Assembly: GCA_001643675.2 (NCBI GenBank)
Contig: LSRY02000061.1
Span: 124,001-188,000 of the forward strand
Length of the DNA: 64,000 nt
Direction: 5' to 3'
Origin: Monocercomonoides exilis PA203
Taxonomy: Eukaryota > Protista > Preaxostyla
Positions 1-13,377 of the stretch are shown in pieces; the first letter of the stretch is position 1, and each line of letters begins with the position of its first letter. The notes beneath the pieces were generated by a model. The model made no database searches and had not been told where the DNA came from. It saw only the letters and a program-made list of their open reading frames with translations. A program made the position numbers and the translations under genes.

Positions 1-3000
1 ATATCATTTCCGCAAAAGCTGCGAGCCGATGAATTGCAAGCGTTTGCTGAATTATTCTCGAAAACTATGTGATGCAGCTCAATCGGATTCCCGCTCTGAA
101 TAAACAGGCAACCACCTCTTCCTGATTGTTTTGCAGTGGCAGAGCAGAAAGAAAATCTGCAATTATCAATTACAAGATTTGTTTTGGTTTTTTCATCGAA
201 ATGTTTATTAGATGATGCGACACAAACTCCACCTCCTGCTGTCGTTGCTTTACATCGAGTGAAATTGCAGCTTTCCCATTTAATGGCACTGTCAATTGAT
301 GATACAGCTCCGCCTTGTCCAAGCTGTTTGATGCTTTTGGCTGTGTTAAGTGTTGATGAAACATCGCCAGCAATGCATGAATTAAAAAAGCAGTTGGAAA
401 TAAGCACATTGCTTTGTTTGCAAGCATGAAGTGCACCACCGGCATGTTCGCTTCGACACATGTTCATTTTGGTGTTTGTGATGTTGGCGGAGCACTGAGT
501 AATTTGAATGGCACCGCCATAAGGTGATTCAAAATTTACGTTCTGAGAGAACTCACGATTGTGCGTTGATCTGACAAAGCAGTCGTGAAATACACAGTTA
601 TCGATGAAAATCCGTGAGAGCGTTGCGTTGACAGCGCCTCCGCCGATAGAAGAAGAGCATCCAGTGAAGTTCGAAGACGAGATTAATACACTGTATGGTC
701 CAAATAAGCCCAATGCGCCTCCGCTTCCTCCAGCTGTGAATACGCTTTTGTCTCTTTCATCTGCACACAGCACCTGCTCGGGGGCAGAACATGAATTAAA
801 CAAGCATTCCTTTACAGACAAAGTCGAGCTTCTTGCCTGCATTTGCACGATACATGCTCCGCCTGTCACACGCAATTGTCTCTTTGCTGCATCTTCATGC
901 GGTACAGTCCTCTTACTTCCTGTTTGAAAAGTGCATGATGTGAAATTTGTTCTTGCTAGATTAACTTCGCATTTTCCCTTTGTTTCAACATGAATGCATG
1001 GTGCTGTAGCAAAAGTTCTCGATATTGAAAATGAAGGCATGTCCTTGTTTTGCACAGGAGCCCAATTTCCAGACATTGACTGAGTCTTCTGAATAGCTTT
1101 AAATAGTGAATCTTCGATTGATACAAAGGAAGTGTTTCCTGCAAAGAGAAGAGTTCCGCTATCAAATGAAGCAAGCGAAGCTTCGCCAAATGTGCATCTC
1201 CGAATTGCAACTGAGCCGGCCAAAGCCAAAAGAAATATTCCTGAAAGTTCAGAATTTGTTGAAGTGGAAACGGATGTGGGATGAAATGTTGAAGTGATTG
1301 AGTTGTTAACGTTATTGTTGTGTGAAGTGATGAATCTTTGCGAATTCGAAGTGAAGGTGGAAACCTTTGAATTAACTTGGAGATCTTCTAAAATACACTC
1401 GCTATTCTCCAGCATCCTGATAAAAATGAATTCTTTGCCAGAAAAGGCTCTGAGAAGTTTCAATTTTGAAAGTGTGAAATCTCCCTTTGCTTTTATGTCG
1501 AACATTGCTGTCTCCTTTCCTGGTTCATCCAATAATTTTTGAGAAGCAATCCATGGAGTAATCAATCCATCAGCTTTCGTAACTGTGATAGAAGCATTTG
1601 ACACAGTAATCTGGCACTGCTTATCTGCAAACGTTTCTCCAGCAAGCATTAAAACGATTTTCTTTTTAGTCTTTTGCTGATCATGTTGTGGGGTATCTTC
1701 TGGTTTATCATCTTCATAGTACCGTTTTGCTTCATCTAGGCAAAACCTAAGAGTCAGGCATGCCTCTTCCAAGGCTCCTCCGCATCCAACTACGTCCTCT
1801 CCTCCGTACTTGCCTTTTCCTTCTCCCTTCGGTTCAGCATAAACATAGAATGTTGTGCGATGCCTTGCGCTGTCTGGAAGAAGTCCATCTTTGTCTTGGT
1901 GTAACGAACCAGAGGCAACCACAAATCGAGGGTGTGCAGACGACGAACGGCAAGAAGGTACAGTTTCGTAAGTCCAGTGGTTAGTCTTCAGATGAGCCTC
2001 ATTTGCATCGGCAATGTCATTTCCTATCCATCTTTCATTGGATGCCAAAAAAGAATCATCAGAAATTGAGAAAATTGCTCTATTGGCCGATTGATGATTC
2101 TCAACGCTGTTGTTTGAAAAGGTGCATTCAGAAATCAAACTATGCCCAGAAGAAGCAGCAGCATTGAAGATTGCGCCTCCTCCAATCGCTGTTTCTTCGT
2201 TTATTTCTTTGAAGCTTTCGCTTTCAGATCTGCTCGCAACTGTGTGGACTTTGCATCTGGAAAAAGTGCATTTTCTAATCGAAAACGCAAGTGGAGACTC
2301 AAAAAATATCGAACCACCAAAGTTTTCGCACTGGCAATCAAAGCAGCCGCACTCGGCAAGCTCAAGATGCATTCCACTTTTTTCAGTTGCGTTAAGAGCA
2401 CTGAAAAATAGAACACCTCCGCTTCCGGAAGTTTTGCAGTCGCTGAAATTGCATAAATGAAATGAAGTTCGTCCTTCAATAAAGGAAGAAGAGCCATCAA
2501 AGAAGATAGCACCTCCACCTATTGATTTGTGAGAAGTTGATTTTGAAGAAGCTGAACAGTTGATAAAGGAGCATAGCTCAAATTGAGCAGTTAATTGAGA
2601 AGGATGTGAGTTGTTTCTGTTATTAACTTTATCTGTTTCGTTATTGAAAAAGACTGCAATAGCTCCTCCAGAATCTGCGGAGGAAAGAAGAAAATTTGAA
2701 TGGCGCGCTTCTAAGTAAGCGGAGCAGCCTTCGGAAATGTTCATGAAAACGCATCCACCAAAACTGCTAGCATCAGATTCTGCAGCACATCTTTGAAATG
2801 AGCAACTATTCATTTTTAATGTGCATGTGGCTTTGTCATTGGCATCGTTCGCAGAAGTTTCTGAATAATCTCTAAACTCAAATGCGTTGAAGTTATCTTC
2901 ACGACTTTGTGCAACAAGGTCGGTGGCTTCAATGTAAACTGCACCTCCGCAAGAAGCGGCTTTTGCTTGGAAGAGAACTGCCTCGAGTTCGACCAAGTTC

Positions 3001-4040
3001 ACGTCTTTCGCATATAAGACTCCTCCCTTGTCTGAAGATATGTCATCACGAGATAATTTATTATCGAAGATATCGAATGTGGATAATGAAATAGAAACAT
3101 TGATATTTTCGACGTAAAATATTCCTCCTTTGTGTGAAGAGGAATTAAATATATTTTCCTTTACGCTCATTGATTCGACTGAAAAAAGCATGCTATTTCC
3201 TTTGGACCCTTTGATCATAAACAAGCCTCCATTCGAATTTTCTGCTTTATTTAAAGTGCACGATGAAACGGAGCAATGGACTAGTTTTACTGAACCCTTT
3301 GAATCATCATTCTCACTTGAATTTATGAAAACAGTGCAAATCCTCGAATTATCTTTAAATTTTAAATTTTTGAACTTCACATCCAAAAGGTGAACATTAA
3401 CTTCCTCTGATAAGCAAGATATGCACGAGCCAATCTGTAAATTAAGTGAGGAAAAAACAACATTATTCATTTTCAACGAAGAAGTCTCATTCATTAAAAA
3501 AAGTGTAATTTTTTGGTAATCTTCAATTGAAGATGTAATCGTACATGAGTTAATGTTAGCAATTGATTTTCCATTCATTTCAAACAGGTGAAGCTCGTCA
3601 TTCAAAGATTTTGAACAATCCAAACAAAAAGAAAGAGTATTCCAAGAAATAGAAATGTTTGTAAATGAAAATCCAAATCCATTTTCATATACGGGTTTAA
3701 TAATTGTGGGTTTTTCATTTGTACCAGAGACATTTATTGATTCTAAAACGAAATAGCCAAATCAAACAACAAAAGAAATGAGCAAACTAAAAATTTTCAA
3801 AGGCAATTCTTCGAAATTCCCCTCTTCATAAATAATATTTTCCACATCAATGTTTTGGGAAAGCATGATATTAAGCGACTTACACGGCAATTCTTTTGAT
3901 TTTCCGCATCCAGAGTCTGCCGAACCATTTAACGCAATGTACCCCAAATTTTCATTTAAGACGGAATTTGCATGAACAGTTTCTGTTGGCGACTTGCAAT
4001 TTAATAAAATGAAAACCGATAAAATCAACTTAATAATCAT
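1..4040 (-). CDS. Large secreted/surface protein with GGA(I/V) repeats, parallel beta-helix (pectin lyase/Pmp-like); 3' end beyond window
   Basis: Signal-peptide start MIIKLILSVFILLNC at 4040; GT-AG intron 3743-3787; the parts of exon 2 I translated are open and in one frame to position 1 (...KGGIFYVEN...CGGAVYIE...SGGAIAVF...GGAVSSID...ENNSANACNSSARSFCGNDI); module-start motif CGKSKELPCKSL recurs as CGGALEEACLTL near 1750-1790. Confidence 0.8.
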
Positions 4041-4192
4041 CTGAATTCAGACACTTTAAGTATGGATTGTGATTGATCATGAATCATGAACTCGGTTGTT
4101 TTTTGAATTGCGTGATATTATAAATATTCCTATATTTTTTCACTTAACCGAAATTGCATAGAGAAAAACAATAACCATTTTAAAATTTGTTG

Positions 4193-5538
4193 ATGGATGA
4201 ACTTTTTGCAAAGTACCAACAAGAATTATCGGAAGAGCGTAAGGCTCTTCAATTAAAAAAGATGAAATTTAATGATGAATATGAAAAGGATAAAGAGATG
4301 CTCTTTCGCGAGCAGGAAAGCTTTTTGGAAGAAAGACAACGTTTTGAAGAAGAAGAATCTGCATTTGATGAAATGGTTCAAACGGAAGAGCAAGTTTGTT
4401 TTTTAGATTATCCTGCATCTTTTCATAGAAATTATTTAGCGTGATGAAGTAATTTTATTAAATGTTGGAGGAAAGAATTTTTCAACTCTAAGATCAACTC
4501 TCACAAGGTTTTTTTAACATTCATTGATAAAGTTTGAAATTTTATTTATGTTTTTTGTTTTGCAGATATGAGGATTCAATGTTGAGTGCAATGTTCTCGT
4601 TTGAATGAATTTTTCTTTAAGTGTAATTTAAATATTTATAATTCTTTTGAATTCCGATTAAATTAATTTCAAGTGGAAGGCATCATCTTGGAAAAGACAA
4701 CGATGACAGGATCTTTATTGATAGGGATCCGGATATTTTCTCGATGATTCTTGAATTTCTGAGAACGGGTATAATACCAATGCCAAAGAACAATGAGGAA
4801 GAAGAACTCCTTCGTCGAGAAATGGATTATTTTGCATTAGGGTTTTTATTAACTATTGTGCAATTTATGCTTATTCAAGTTTCTTTTTCTTATTTATTGT
4901 TTTATTTTTAGTCCTCCAAGAATTCCATTTTTGGAAAGATGGAATGCGAAATGGAAATCTGATGGGCTGACTCTGCGAGACGAAGGGCGGACGGTTGAAG
5001 TGATTGGCGAAGATAGAGATCATATTGTAATAATGGGGGATTCGAAAATAACTCATGGCTCTGTCACAGTGACAGTGCAGGTGACGATTCCTCGACCAAA
5101 TCGTTATTCATTCGGAGTATTGCCGGATATCCCTGCTTCATTCAATAAAGGCTTTGCATATAAAAGTGGTGTTCTTGGCTGGGGACTGCACGATCACACG
5201 AGCGCACTGGGAATTTACTGTCAAACGCAGCTGGTGGCTCCAAGCACATTGGGCTATGTCAGTGGAGATTTGGTATGGAATTATGTTTCATATTGTTATT
5301 GGCATAACTTCTGTGTTTTGGGGAAACTTTTTTTTTTGTTTTGATTCGGTTTTAAATATTTTGACATATTCACTTTCAGGTTACGATGACAATTGATGTT
5401 GATAGAGGTGATCTTATTTACAAAGTGAATGGAGTTAAGTGTGCTGAACTGTTATCATCTGAAGTGCTGAAGATGGGGGTTTATATTGCAGCCACGCTTT
5501 TTAATAAAGGAGCAATATGGAAAATTGTTGAATTTTGA
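4193..5538 (+). CDS. KCTD-type BTB/POZ protein with N-terminal coiled coil and C-terminal SPRY/B30.2-like domain (5 introns)
   Basis: Spliced translation VILLNVGGKNFSTLRSTLTRYEDSMLSAMFSGRH...IFIDRDPDIFSMILEFLRTG is a canonical BTB_2 signature; C-terminus GYVSGDLVTMTIDVDRGDLIYKVNG...VYIAATL is SPRY-like; TGA at 5536-5538. Confidence 0.85.
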
Positions 5539-6530
5539 TGTTTCTTCAAGATAAATTTTTATTACGATTTTTTTGAGTTTATAAACTCAGTAGACATTTC
5601 TGTTTCCATTCTTTAATAATTGTGGATTTTTTATAAAAAATTCTTCTTTTTTTTTTTTTAAGTATTTTGGAAAAGATACGAATCTTTGAGGGAAAAATGA
5701 AATTTCAAATTGAACTGCGTGAATGAAGTTCTTCAAATTGATTCAGTTCATCCCAATCCAATGGATCAATTTTGAAAGAATTGGACGTAAATGGAAGCAA
5801 CTGGTAACAATTCATGATAATTCATCATTGCCTCACAATTTTTCAATTTAATATTGTTTTTCTTTATTTATAAAGATTCATCAAAATAAATTGCATGAAT
5901 TTAGTTTCTATATTTCACTGTTTCAGTGTGTTATGAAATTAAAAGGTTTGTACAGGAGAAGAGAAAACGAGAAAATTCATAAAAAAATGAAAAAAACATT
6001 AAAATAAGTAATAAAAATCTCGCTAACTTGATTTCTAATAAAAAGTTTGGATAAAGAAAATATGCTTTCACAAATTTCGTATAAATAAAAAAATTTCCAG
6101 AAATACAATTTTCTAAAGGACTAACACCTGAATTTATCAGAATAAGAAATAAAAGCTAAATTTGAAATGGAGCATTTCCATACAAAGCTGAAGAACAAAT
6201 ACGTTGTTGTGAAGAAATTCAAAGTCACTACAATAACTGAAGGGAAAAGCGGATAAAGAAAAAAAAAATAAAAGAAAGTGAAAGAAAAAGAAAAATTCCT
6301 TTCAAACGATAAAATAGGCGCGAAACCTTCGGGGAAAAGCAAATTGAGTAAAAAAATCGAAAATAATTAATAAACAATAATATCTAGAAATACAAGCTAA
6401 TAATACATACAAATGGATATTTATTGCGACAATGCAAAAATATACCAAATAGAAAGTCAAAAAAAGGAAGAAAACAAATGAAACAAAAGAATAAAGAATT
6501 AAAAAAGAGCAAAAGAAAAATAGTGAAAAA

Positions 6531-6600
6531 GAGAAAAGGAGAAAAAGAGAAAAAGAGAAAAAGAGAAAAAGAGAAAAAGAGAAAAAGAGAAAAAGAGAAA
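6531..6600. repeat. (GAGAAAAA)n purine tandem repeat
   Basis: Direct reading of tandem 8-mers. Confidence 0.8.
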
Positions 6601-7032
6601 TATTTAATAAAAGGATAGAAGAGAAAATAGAAAAATGACGTTTGCATACAAACAAGAAAAGATAAGCGAAAAAATGGAAGAGCACGAGAGGACATTCATT
6701 CACTCACTCACTCATCCAATCATCTTCACACATCCGCCTCTCTTTCTCTTTCTCCTCTTTCTCCTTTTCTTTCTCCTTTTCTTTCTCCTTTTCTTTCTTT
6801 CTCTTTCTCTTTATTCCCAAAAATAAACTATTGACGCAAAAAAATCAACCAATAATCAAGACGAGTAATAGACAACTCCTTTAAAATGATCGATTTCAGC
6901 CGTCTCTTTCTCAAATTGGGAAGAATCGAATAGGCAAACGATGACAACTATCAAAAACACACAAATAGTGATCACAAAAATTATAATTGTAATAATACTT
7001 CATGGATTTACACATATATAATTATCAAACTT

Positions 7033-7127
7033 AAAAGAAAAGAAAAGAAAAGAAAAGAAAAGAAAAGAAAAGAAAAGAAAAGAAAAGAAAAGAAAAAGAA
7101 AAAGAAAAAGAAAGAAAGAAAGAAAAG
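7033..7127. repeat. (GAAAA)n microsatellite
   Basis: Direct reading of tandem pentamers degenerating into GAAAAA/GAAA units. Confidence 0.9.
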
Positions 7128-7758
7128 AGCTAACTCTGTAAAAGATAATGAAAGAAAAACAAATGAATGCCAACTTGAGAGAACAAGAATCATTCGTCAA
7201 TTGCTCATAAGCAGAGAAGATAATCAAAACATATACTCTTAATGGAACGAGGACATTTTACGAAATGAATTCCTTCACAACTGCACGACAGCTTCCCGCG
7301 TGTCTGTTAGCATGCAATATTCTTTATTTCCTCTGCATTCTTCATCAAAAAATAATGTTTTGCTTTTTCTTTCAAAAATAAAGCAAAGAAGATAATAACT
7401 CATAAGGCTAAAAAATGAAATAGTTTGGGTAGAAGAGAACTATATGAAGAATAAGCAAGCACAAGAAGAGAACGTGGAGATATTGAAGAGGTACAAGGAA
7501 AAAAAAAATTGAAATAAAATCAAAACGAAATGAAAAAAACTAATTTTGACACCAAAATACAATTGATGAAGTTTGCATATTGAGGAATAATAAAAAATAA
7601 TGCTGACATAATTGTTATTACTTCAGCCATATGGCAATGCCGATGAAGCAGAGATATGCAAGACAAAAGCACAGCACAAACAAAAGCTAGAAGCAAGAAG
7701 AAAAAGATAAGATATTAAAAAGAAGAAGGAATAATGAAGGAGTTCAAAAAAACAGAAA

Positions 7759-7789
<31 letters not shown>

Positions 7790-7852
7790 GGAAGAAGAAG
7801 AAGAAGAAGAAAGAAAACAAATCACACGCATATATATATCCACTTCATCCAT

Positions 7853-9801
7853 CTACTGCTTTGCCCACTCTCTTCCCTTCGACTGAATGCTTGACTGATA
7901 CGACCCTGCCGATCTGAGTGATTTGGGGGAGAAGAGCGAATTCGGGCTGATGTAGCGGGAGAGTGGAGAAGTGCTAGGGGAAGTGGTGCGGGTGAAGGGG
8001 ATGCTGTCTGGAAGAGGGCTTGTCGGGGAACGGGGCGAGAACGCAGTGTTGGCTGGCTTTTGTGGAGAGAGCGGGAAGTGCGTTGGGGTACTGAAACGAG
8101 ATGTGCCGGTGGCGAGGGATGAGGCGACGCTGTGGCTGGACTTGGTGAGAGGAAGGCCAGCTGCTCCAGAGAAGGAAAAGAAAGGAGGAGGCGGTGGGGG
8201 TAAGTAGGAGCGGGTGGGGGAGAGAAGAGAAGAGGATGAGGGGGATGAGGGGGAGGAGTGAGAGTAAGGGGAGGAAGGAGAGGAAGGTGATAATGGCCTT
8301 CCTTGCATTGGAGAGCTAGCCAATCTCTCTATCACTCCGTCTTTCTCCTTGGCATATCCTCCATCATCAGTCAAAGTGAACATGTTCGCAAACGCCTGCT
8401 GATTAGCAGAGCGGGAATAACTTGAGTGTGATGTGCCTATGCTCATACTCATGTTCATACTCATGTTCATGTTTGTACCATCGCCTGCACCAAAGGAGTT
8501 GTATGGATGGAGAGGAGGAATAGCTTCTGTGAGAGAATGACGCTGCTGTGGGAGAGTGGGAGGGAAGGAGAGGGAAGGAGAGGAAGGGGCAGAGGGAGAG
8601 GCAGAAGAAGCAGAGAGAAGAGGAGAATTGCAGGTGGGGGAGACGACGGTGCTGCTTGAGGGAGAAAGGAGAGGGGAAGAGCAAGGAGAAGAAGGCAAGG
8701 AATTTGGCTGGCTGACAGAGTGAATGTAGTTGTGTCTTTTCTTCCTTGCCTCGTAAGGAGGAGTGGCAGAAGTGGTGGGGGAGGCAGAAGAAGCACGGGA
8801 GAATTCGTTGCGTTGCATGTCAGGCGGAGAGAGGAGAGAAGAAGAAGGAGTAGAAGGAGACAGCTGCTTCTGGAGGGCGAGGGGGATGGGGCTGCGGATG
8901 GAGGAGAGGGTGGGAGGGCGAATGGAGGAGGAGGAAGGAGAGGAAGGAGAGGAAGAAGAAGGAGAGGAAGAGGAGGTGGAAGAAGAGGAAGAAGAAGTGA
9001 TGGAGGAAGTTGGGGTGATTGGTGTTGTTGTGGTGGATGTGATGGTGGAAGAGGAAGAAGAAGATGAAGAAGATGAAGAAGATGTTGATGATGAAAGATA
9101 AGAAGATGGAATATACGATGAAGAAGGTCTGTTTGGAGTGTTCAAAGAAGGCAGACAAGACGAATTTGAAGAGTTTTGTTGTGCATATTTTGACTGATAT
9201 TCAGAAGTTGCTGGCTGATTAGAGGGAAATGAAGGGGCCATTGATTTAGCAGAGTATAAACGAGAAGAATGAAGAGAAGAAGAATTGGAAGAGATAGAAG
9301 AGGTGTCAGAGGAAGAAGAAGAAGAAGATGATGATGATGATGATGATGATGAGGAAGAAGAAGTTGTAGTTATTCTCTTTCTCCTCTCAATTGGGTCTTG
9401 TGGGGAAGAAGAAGGAGAAGAGGCACGTGAATGGCCTGCTGATGCTGATAAGCCAGAAGAGTTATAATAACCAGAAGAAGAAGAAGAAGAAGAAGAAGAA
9501 GAAGAAGAAGAAGAAGAAGAAGAAGAAGAAGAAGAAGAATTAGTATTTCCATATCCAGCATTCGATTCGTGTGAAGCAGTTCCATTCTCTCTGAATGCAG
9601 GAGGAGAGTGAGGAGAATGAAGAGGTGTGGCAAAGGGGGTGTTGGCAGGGGGTGAGGTTGGAAGGAGAAGAGGCTGTCCTCTGCTGACAGGGCGAGCAGG
9701 CAGAGAGCGGCGGCGCTTGATGTGGCTGTAGGGCTTGGGGGGAGGTGCAGATATGCCTTCAGAGGGAGAGAAGGAGGAAGAGGGGGAGGAGGAGGAGGAA
9801 G

Positions 9802-9832
<31 letters not shown>

Positions 9833-10658
9833 GGGAGAAAACAAAGAAGTTTGGGAAAAGAGAGAAGTTTGAGAGGAAGTGGTTGATTGGAGAGAAGGGT
9901 GATCAGGAGGGAGGGCGGAAGAGAGAGGAGAAGAAGGAGAAGTGGAAGGGTGTTTTAAGCAAGGCAAAGGAGGAACATGAGGAGGTTTGTGTGTTTGGAG
10001 GGAGGAAGAGGAAGAGGAGGAGGAGGAGGAGGAGAAAGAAGAAGAGGAAGAAGAAGAAGTTAAAGTGGTGGAAGAAATAGAGGAGGAGGAGGAAGATAAT
10101 GTTGGGTGTGTTATTTTTGAGAGGTTGAGGGAAGGAATAACAGTTGAAGTGGGAGAATTTGAAGAAGATTTTGAAGAAGAAGAAATATTTCGAGGAGAGG
10201 GAGAAGAAGAACGAGGAGAAGGTGTTGTAGAAGAAGAAGCTGAAGAAGAAGAATTTTTCATCTGTGATTGTTTTGAAGAAGATTGTTTGGATGTCTGGAA
10301 GGAAAATCCAACATCATCGTGGATGGCAGGAGGGGTGAGAGGGAAAGAAGGAGAGAGAGAAGGAGAAAGAAGATCAGAAGGGGATGATATTGAATCAGTT
10401 GATGTTATTGGTGCATTTGTTTGATTGGTAGAAGAAGAAGAAATAGAAGAAGAAGGAGCATTAGCAATGTTATGCTTCGTGCTTCCTCTTCCTCTAACAT
10501 TGTCTGTTTCTGACGAGTATTCAGAACGAGAGGAGCTGTTATGAATTGCAGTGGATGCATCAGAGGTGTTTGTGAGTGAAGTTGTGTTGGTTGCATCGCC
10601 TGTTGCTTCAGAGAAGCAGGATTTGACTTGTGCGACTGGGCGGATGACGGATTTGGGG

Positions 10659-10693
<35 letters not shown>

Positions 10694-13377
10694 GGAAGAA
10701 GAGGAAGAAGAGGAAGAAGGGGGTGGATTGGTTGAGGTGATGTTATTATTGTTGCTATTATTATTGTTTGTACTGGAAGAAATTCTGTTATTGTAACTGT
10801 TATTAGCAGTGTTATTAACATTATTTTTTGTTATGTTATCTTTTTGTTCTTGCATTTTCTGAGCAGAAGAAGAAGAAGAAGCAGAAGAAGGTGTATGAGA
10901 AGGTGGAGACAAAAGATCCGCTTCTGTGATGATTTCTGAAGCAGCTGATGGGATTGGAGAAGAAGACGACGAAACAGCCAGGGGAGAGCTAATTCTTGGC
11001 GACAGTTCCGATTCAGAGGGGAAATCGCGAGCGAGTTCAGACGCGTCGTTCAGGGGAAAGAGGTCAGAGAGAGAAGAATTCGACTGCAGAGTGGATAAGC
11101 TGTGGTGGGACTTGTTGTTTGGCGGGGGTGTGGGCGGGCGAGGGGTGAGGGAGGAGCAGGTGGTGAGGGAGGTGAGGGAAGAGCAGGGGGAGAGAGAGGG
11201 CTGGAAGGAGCTGTGGGGAGAGGTAGGGACAGTGATCTTCAGGAGGCGGTGGCGAGGGGAGGGGGGGAAGGAGGGGGAAGAGGGGGAAGATGAAGAAGAA
11301 GAAGAGGAGGAAGAAGCAGAGGAGGAAGAAGAAGAAGAAGATGATGATGATGATGATGGGGGAGAAGAAGGACGAGCGGTGGAGGAAGAGGAAGAAGGAG
11401 ATGAAGTTGGGAGAGCGAACTCAAAAGAGTGGAACGAATGAACAGAATCTGATGAAGAGTCTGTTGACGAGTCTTCGTCTTCCTCTATGATCCTTCTCCT
11501 CCTCATTCCCTCTAAACTCTCTGCTTCATACACATCTTTCGTGTTTGCATCAAATGATATTGCCTGCCCATCTGCTTTGTTCGTGTTTTGCTGTTTGCTT
11601 CCACTTATCGTTTTCCCTCTTTCTATTTCAGTTTCTGTTTCTCCATCCTTATTCTTCTCTTTGCCTTTATCTTTTTCTTTATCTTTTTCTTTATCCTTCT
11701 CCCTCTCTCCTCCTTTCCTTCCTTCTTCCTTTCTCTCCTCCTCTTCCCCGTCTCCATCGTTATTAATCCCATACAATATGCTCTGCTCATCCACATCACT
11801 TGCTGTTATCACTCCTTTCAATACCTTCTCAAAGAGCTCTACTGCTTTCTTCCTCAGATTCAGATGTGCTTTTATCCTCTTCCTCTTCTCCCCTTTGAAT
11901 GGATTGCACATAAACAGCGCAGAGAAGTGGTCAAACGCAGAAGAAGCGCCTGAAAACCTGGAAGAAGGGGTAGAAGATCCGTGTGGATGCGACGGCGAGG
12001 AAGAGGTAGAAGAGGTGGGAGACAGATAAGGCGACCCAGGCAGCGAGGAAGAGGCGCCGTGTGTCAAGGAGCGCATGGTGCCAGGTATTAGAGAAGGGGC
12101 CGGTGAGAGCAAGCGGTTGCCTCTTCCGACGCTGCTGTCCTGCCGCTGCACACGAGGAATGATGGATGGATGAGAAAGGCGGGTGTCGGTGTTCTGCATA
12201 GCACCGCCTGGATGTGCCTGAAACAGCTCCTCGTTGTGCTTCGCCATGTGGAAGAGCATCAGAACCCACTCGATTTCTTCAGCAGATGAGCACATTTGAA
12301 GCACGCTTGACGTTGGACACGCCAGCAGCGGTGGTGCTGAGGGTGTCCTCATCTCGTAGTATTCATACGTCTCTGCTTTGGTTTTTGCTCCGCTCACGCC
12401 ACGCCGTTGAGCAGCCCGGATGGCTGTTGGAGGGCACGAGAAGGGGATGTTGCTGAGGGCGGATTCAAATGTCGGGAACGTGTGAAATCGGTTGATGCAT
12501 TCAGAGAACTTCAGGATTCCCCCTCGCTGGCCCGTTTTTTTGTTACGTGCGTCATTTTCGCTGAAAGAGGATTTCCGTTGAGCCAATGACTGAACTGATG
12601 CAAGAGCTTGGCCGTATTTGCCACGTTGAGAATAAATAGGAGATATTGCGGATGCGCAAAATGAGGCCTCATCAGGCTCTATAATTGTTACGCGTGTTCG
12701 TGTTCGTTGAACGGGCTTTGAAGGTAAAATTTGAAATGAGCGATTAAAATGAGTATTTCTCATCAAAAATTCTTCTTCATAGAGTTCTGGTGTTACCGTT
12801 ATTGGTGGAAGGCATTGTTCAAAGCTTTTTAGTTGGTGCTCAAATGAAGCTCTCATTCTAACTCTTCTGGCATTGGATACAACCTCAATCGCAGTAGCAG
12901 CAGGCCAGTGAAATTTTCTCATCAGATAGCCTGCAGTCACAAATAGCGCACGAGATTTTCCGTAAACCGAATGTATAAGTACAGCCTCATTTTCATTATG
13001 TGCCTCTTCAATGAAATCGTACAGGCTTGTAATGTTATAACCATCCTTATCAAACAAATACGAGTTATCTCGATCGATTAAAAAGAATGTAAGATATTCG
13101 ATGCCCAAAGACAAAAATTTGTTTGATATTTCTTGGCCTGCACAATTTACAATGTGAGTTATCCGATTGGTCAACAAAAACTTATAAGAGCAAATAAATT
13201 CATTTAAAAAATTCAAATACATTAAATTGTAATTATCAATTCAATTTAATTAATTCAAACTTGTTCGCATGCAGATGCTTCGGATGTACCAATAAAAAAT
13301 CCTTCCCTCAATCGAGTAACTGGGGGCAATTCAATTTCTCCATTCATCAAAGATTCTTCGGATGTATATATGGACAT
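7853..13377 (-). CDS. Dual-specificity phosphatase-domain protein (pseudophosphatase, Cys to Ser) with ~1600 aa Ser/Pro-rich disordered tail
   Basis: Exon 1 MSIYTSEESLMNGEIELPPVTRLREGFFIGTSEASACEQ, intron 13181-13260, then FLLTNRITHIVNCA...VLIHSVYGKSRALFVTAGYLM...FEHQLKSFE (DSPc fold); start codon choice (13377 vs 13347) uncertain. Confidence 0.85.
9473..9539. repeat. (GAA/TTC)n trinucleotide repeat encoding poly-Ser in the DUSP-like gene
   Basis: Pure AGA/GAA run on the plus strand; TCT codons on the minus strand. Confidence 0.9.

Noticed and set aside
6121-7820. Phe/Leu- or Lys/Arg-rich short ORFs
   Set aside because: They arise from purine/pyrimidine microsatellites in intergenic or UTR DNA
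7971-12589. Many plus-strand poly-Glu/Arg/Gly ORFs
   Set aside because: Antisense shadows of the poly-Ser DUSP-like gene
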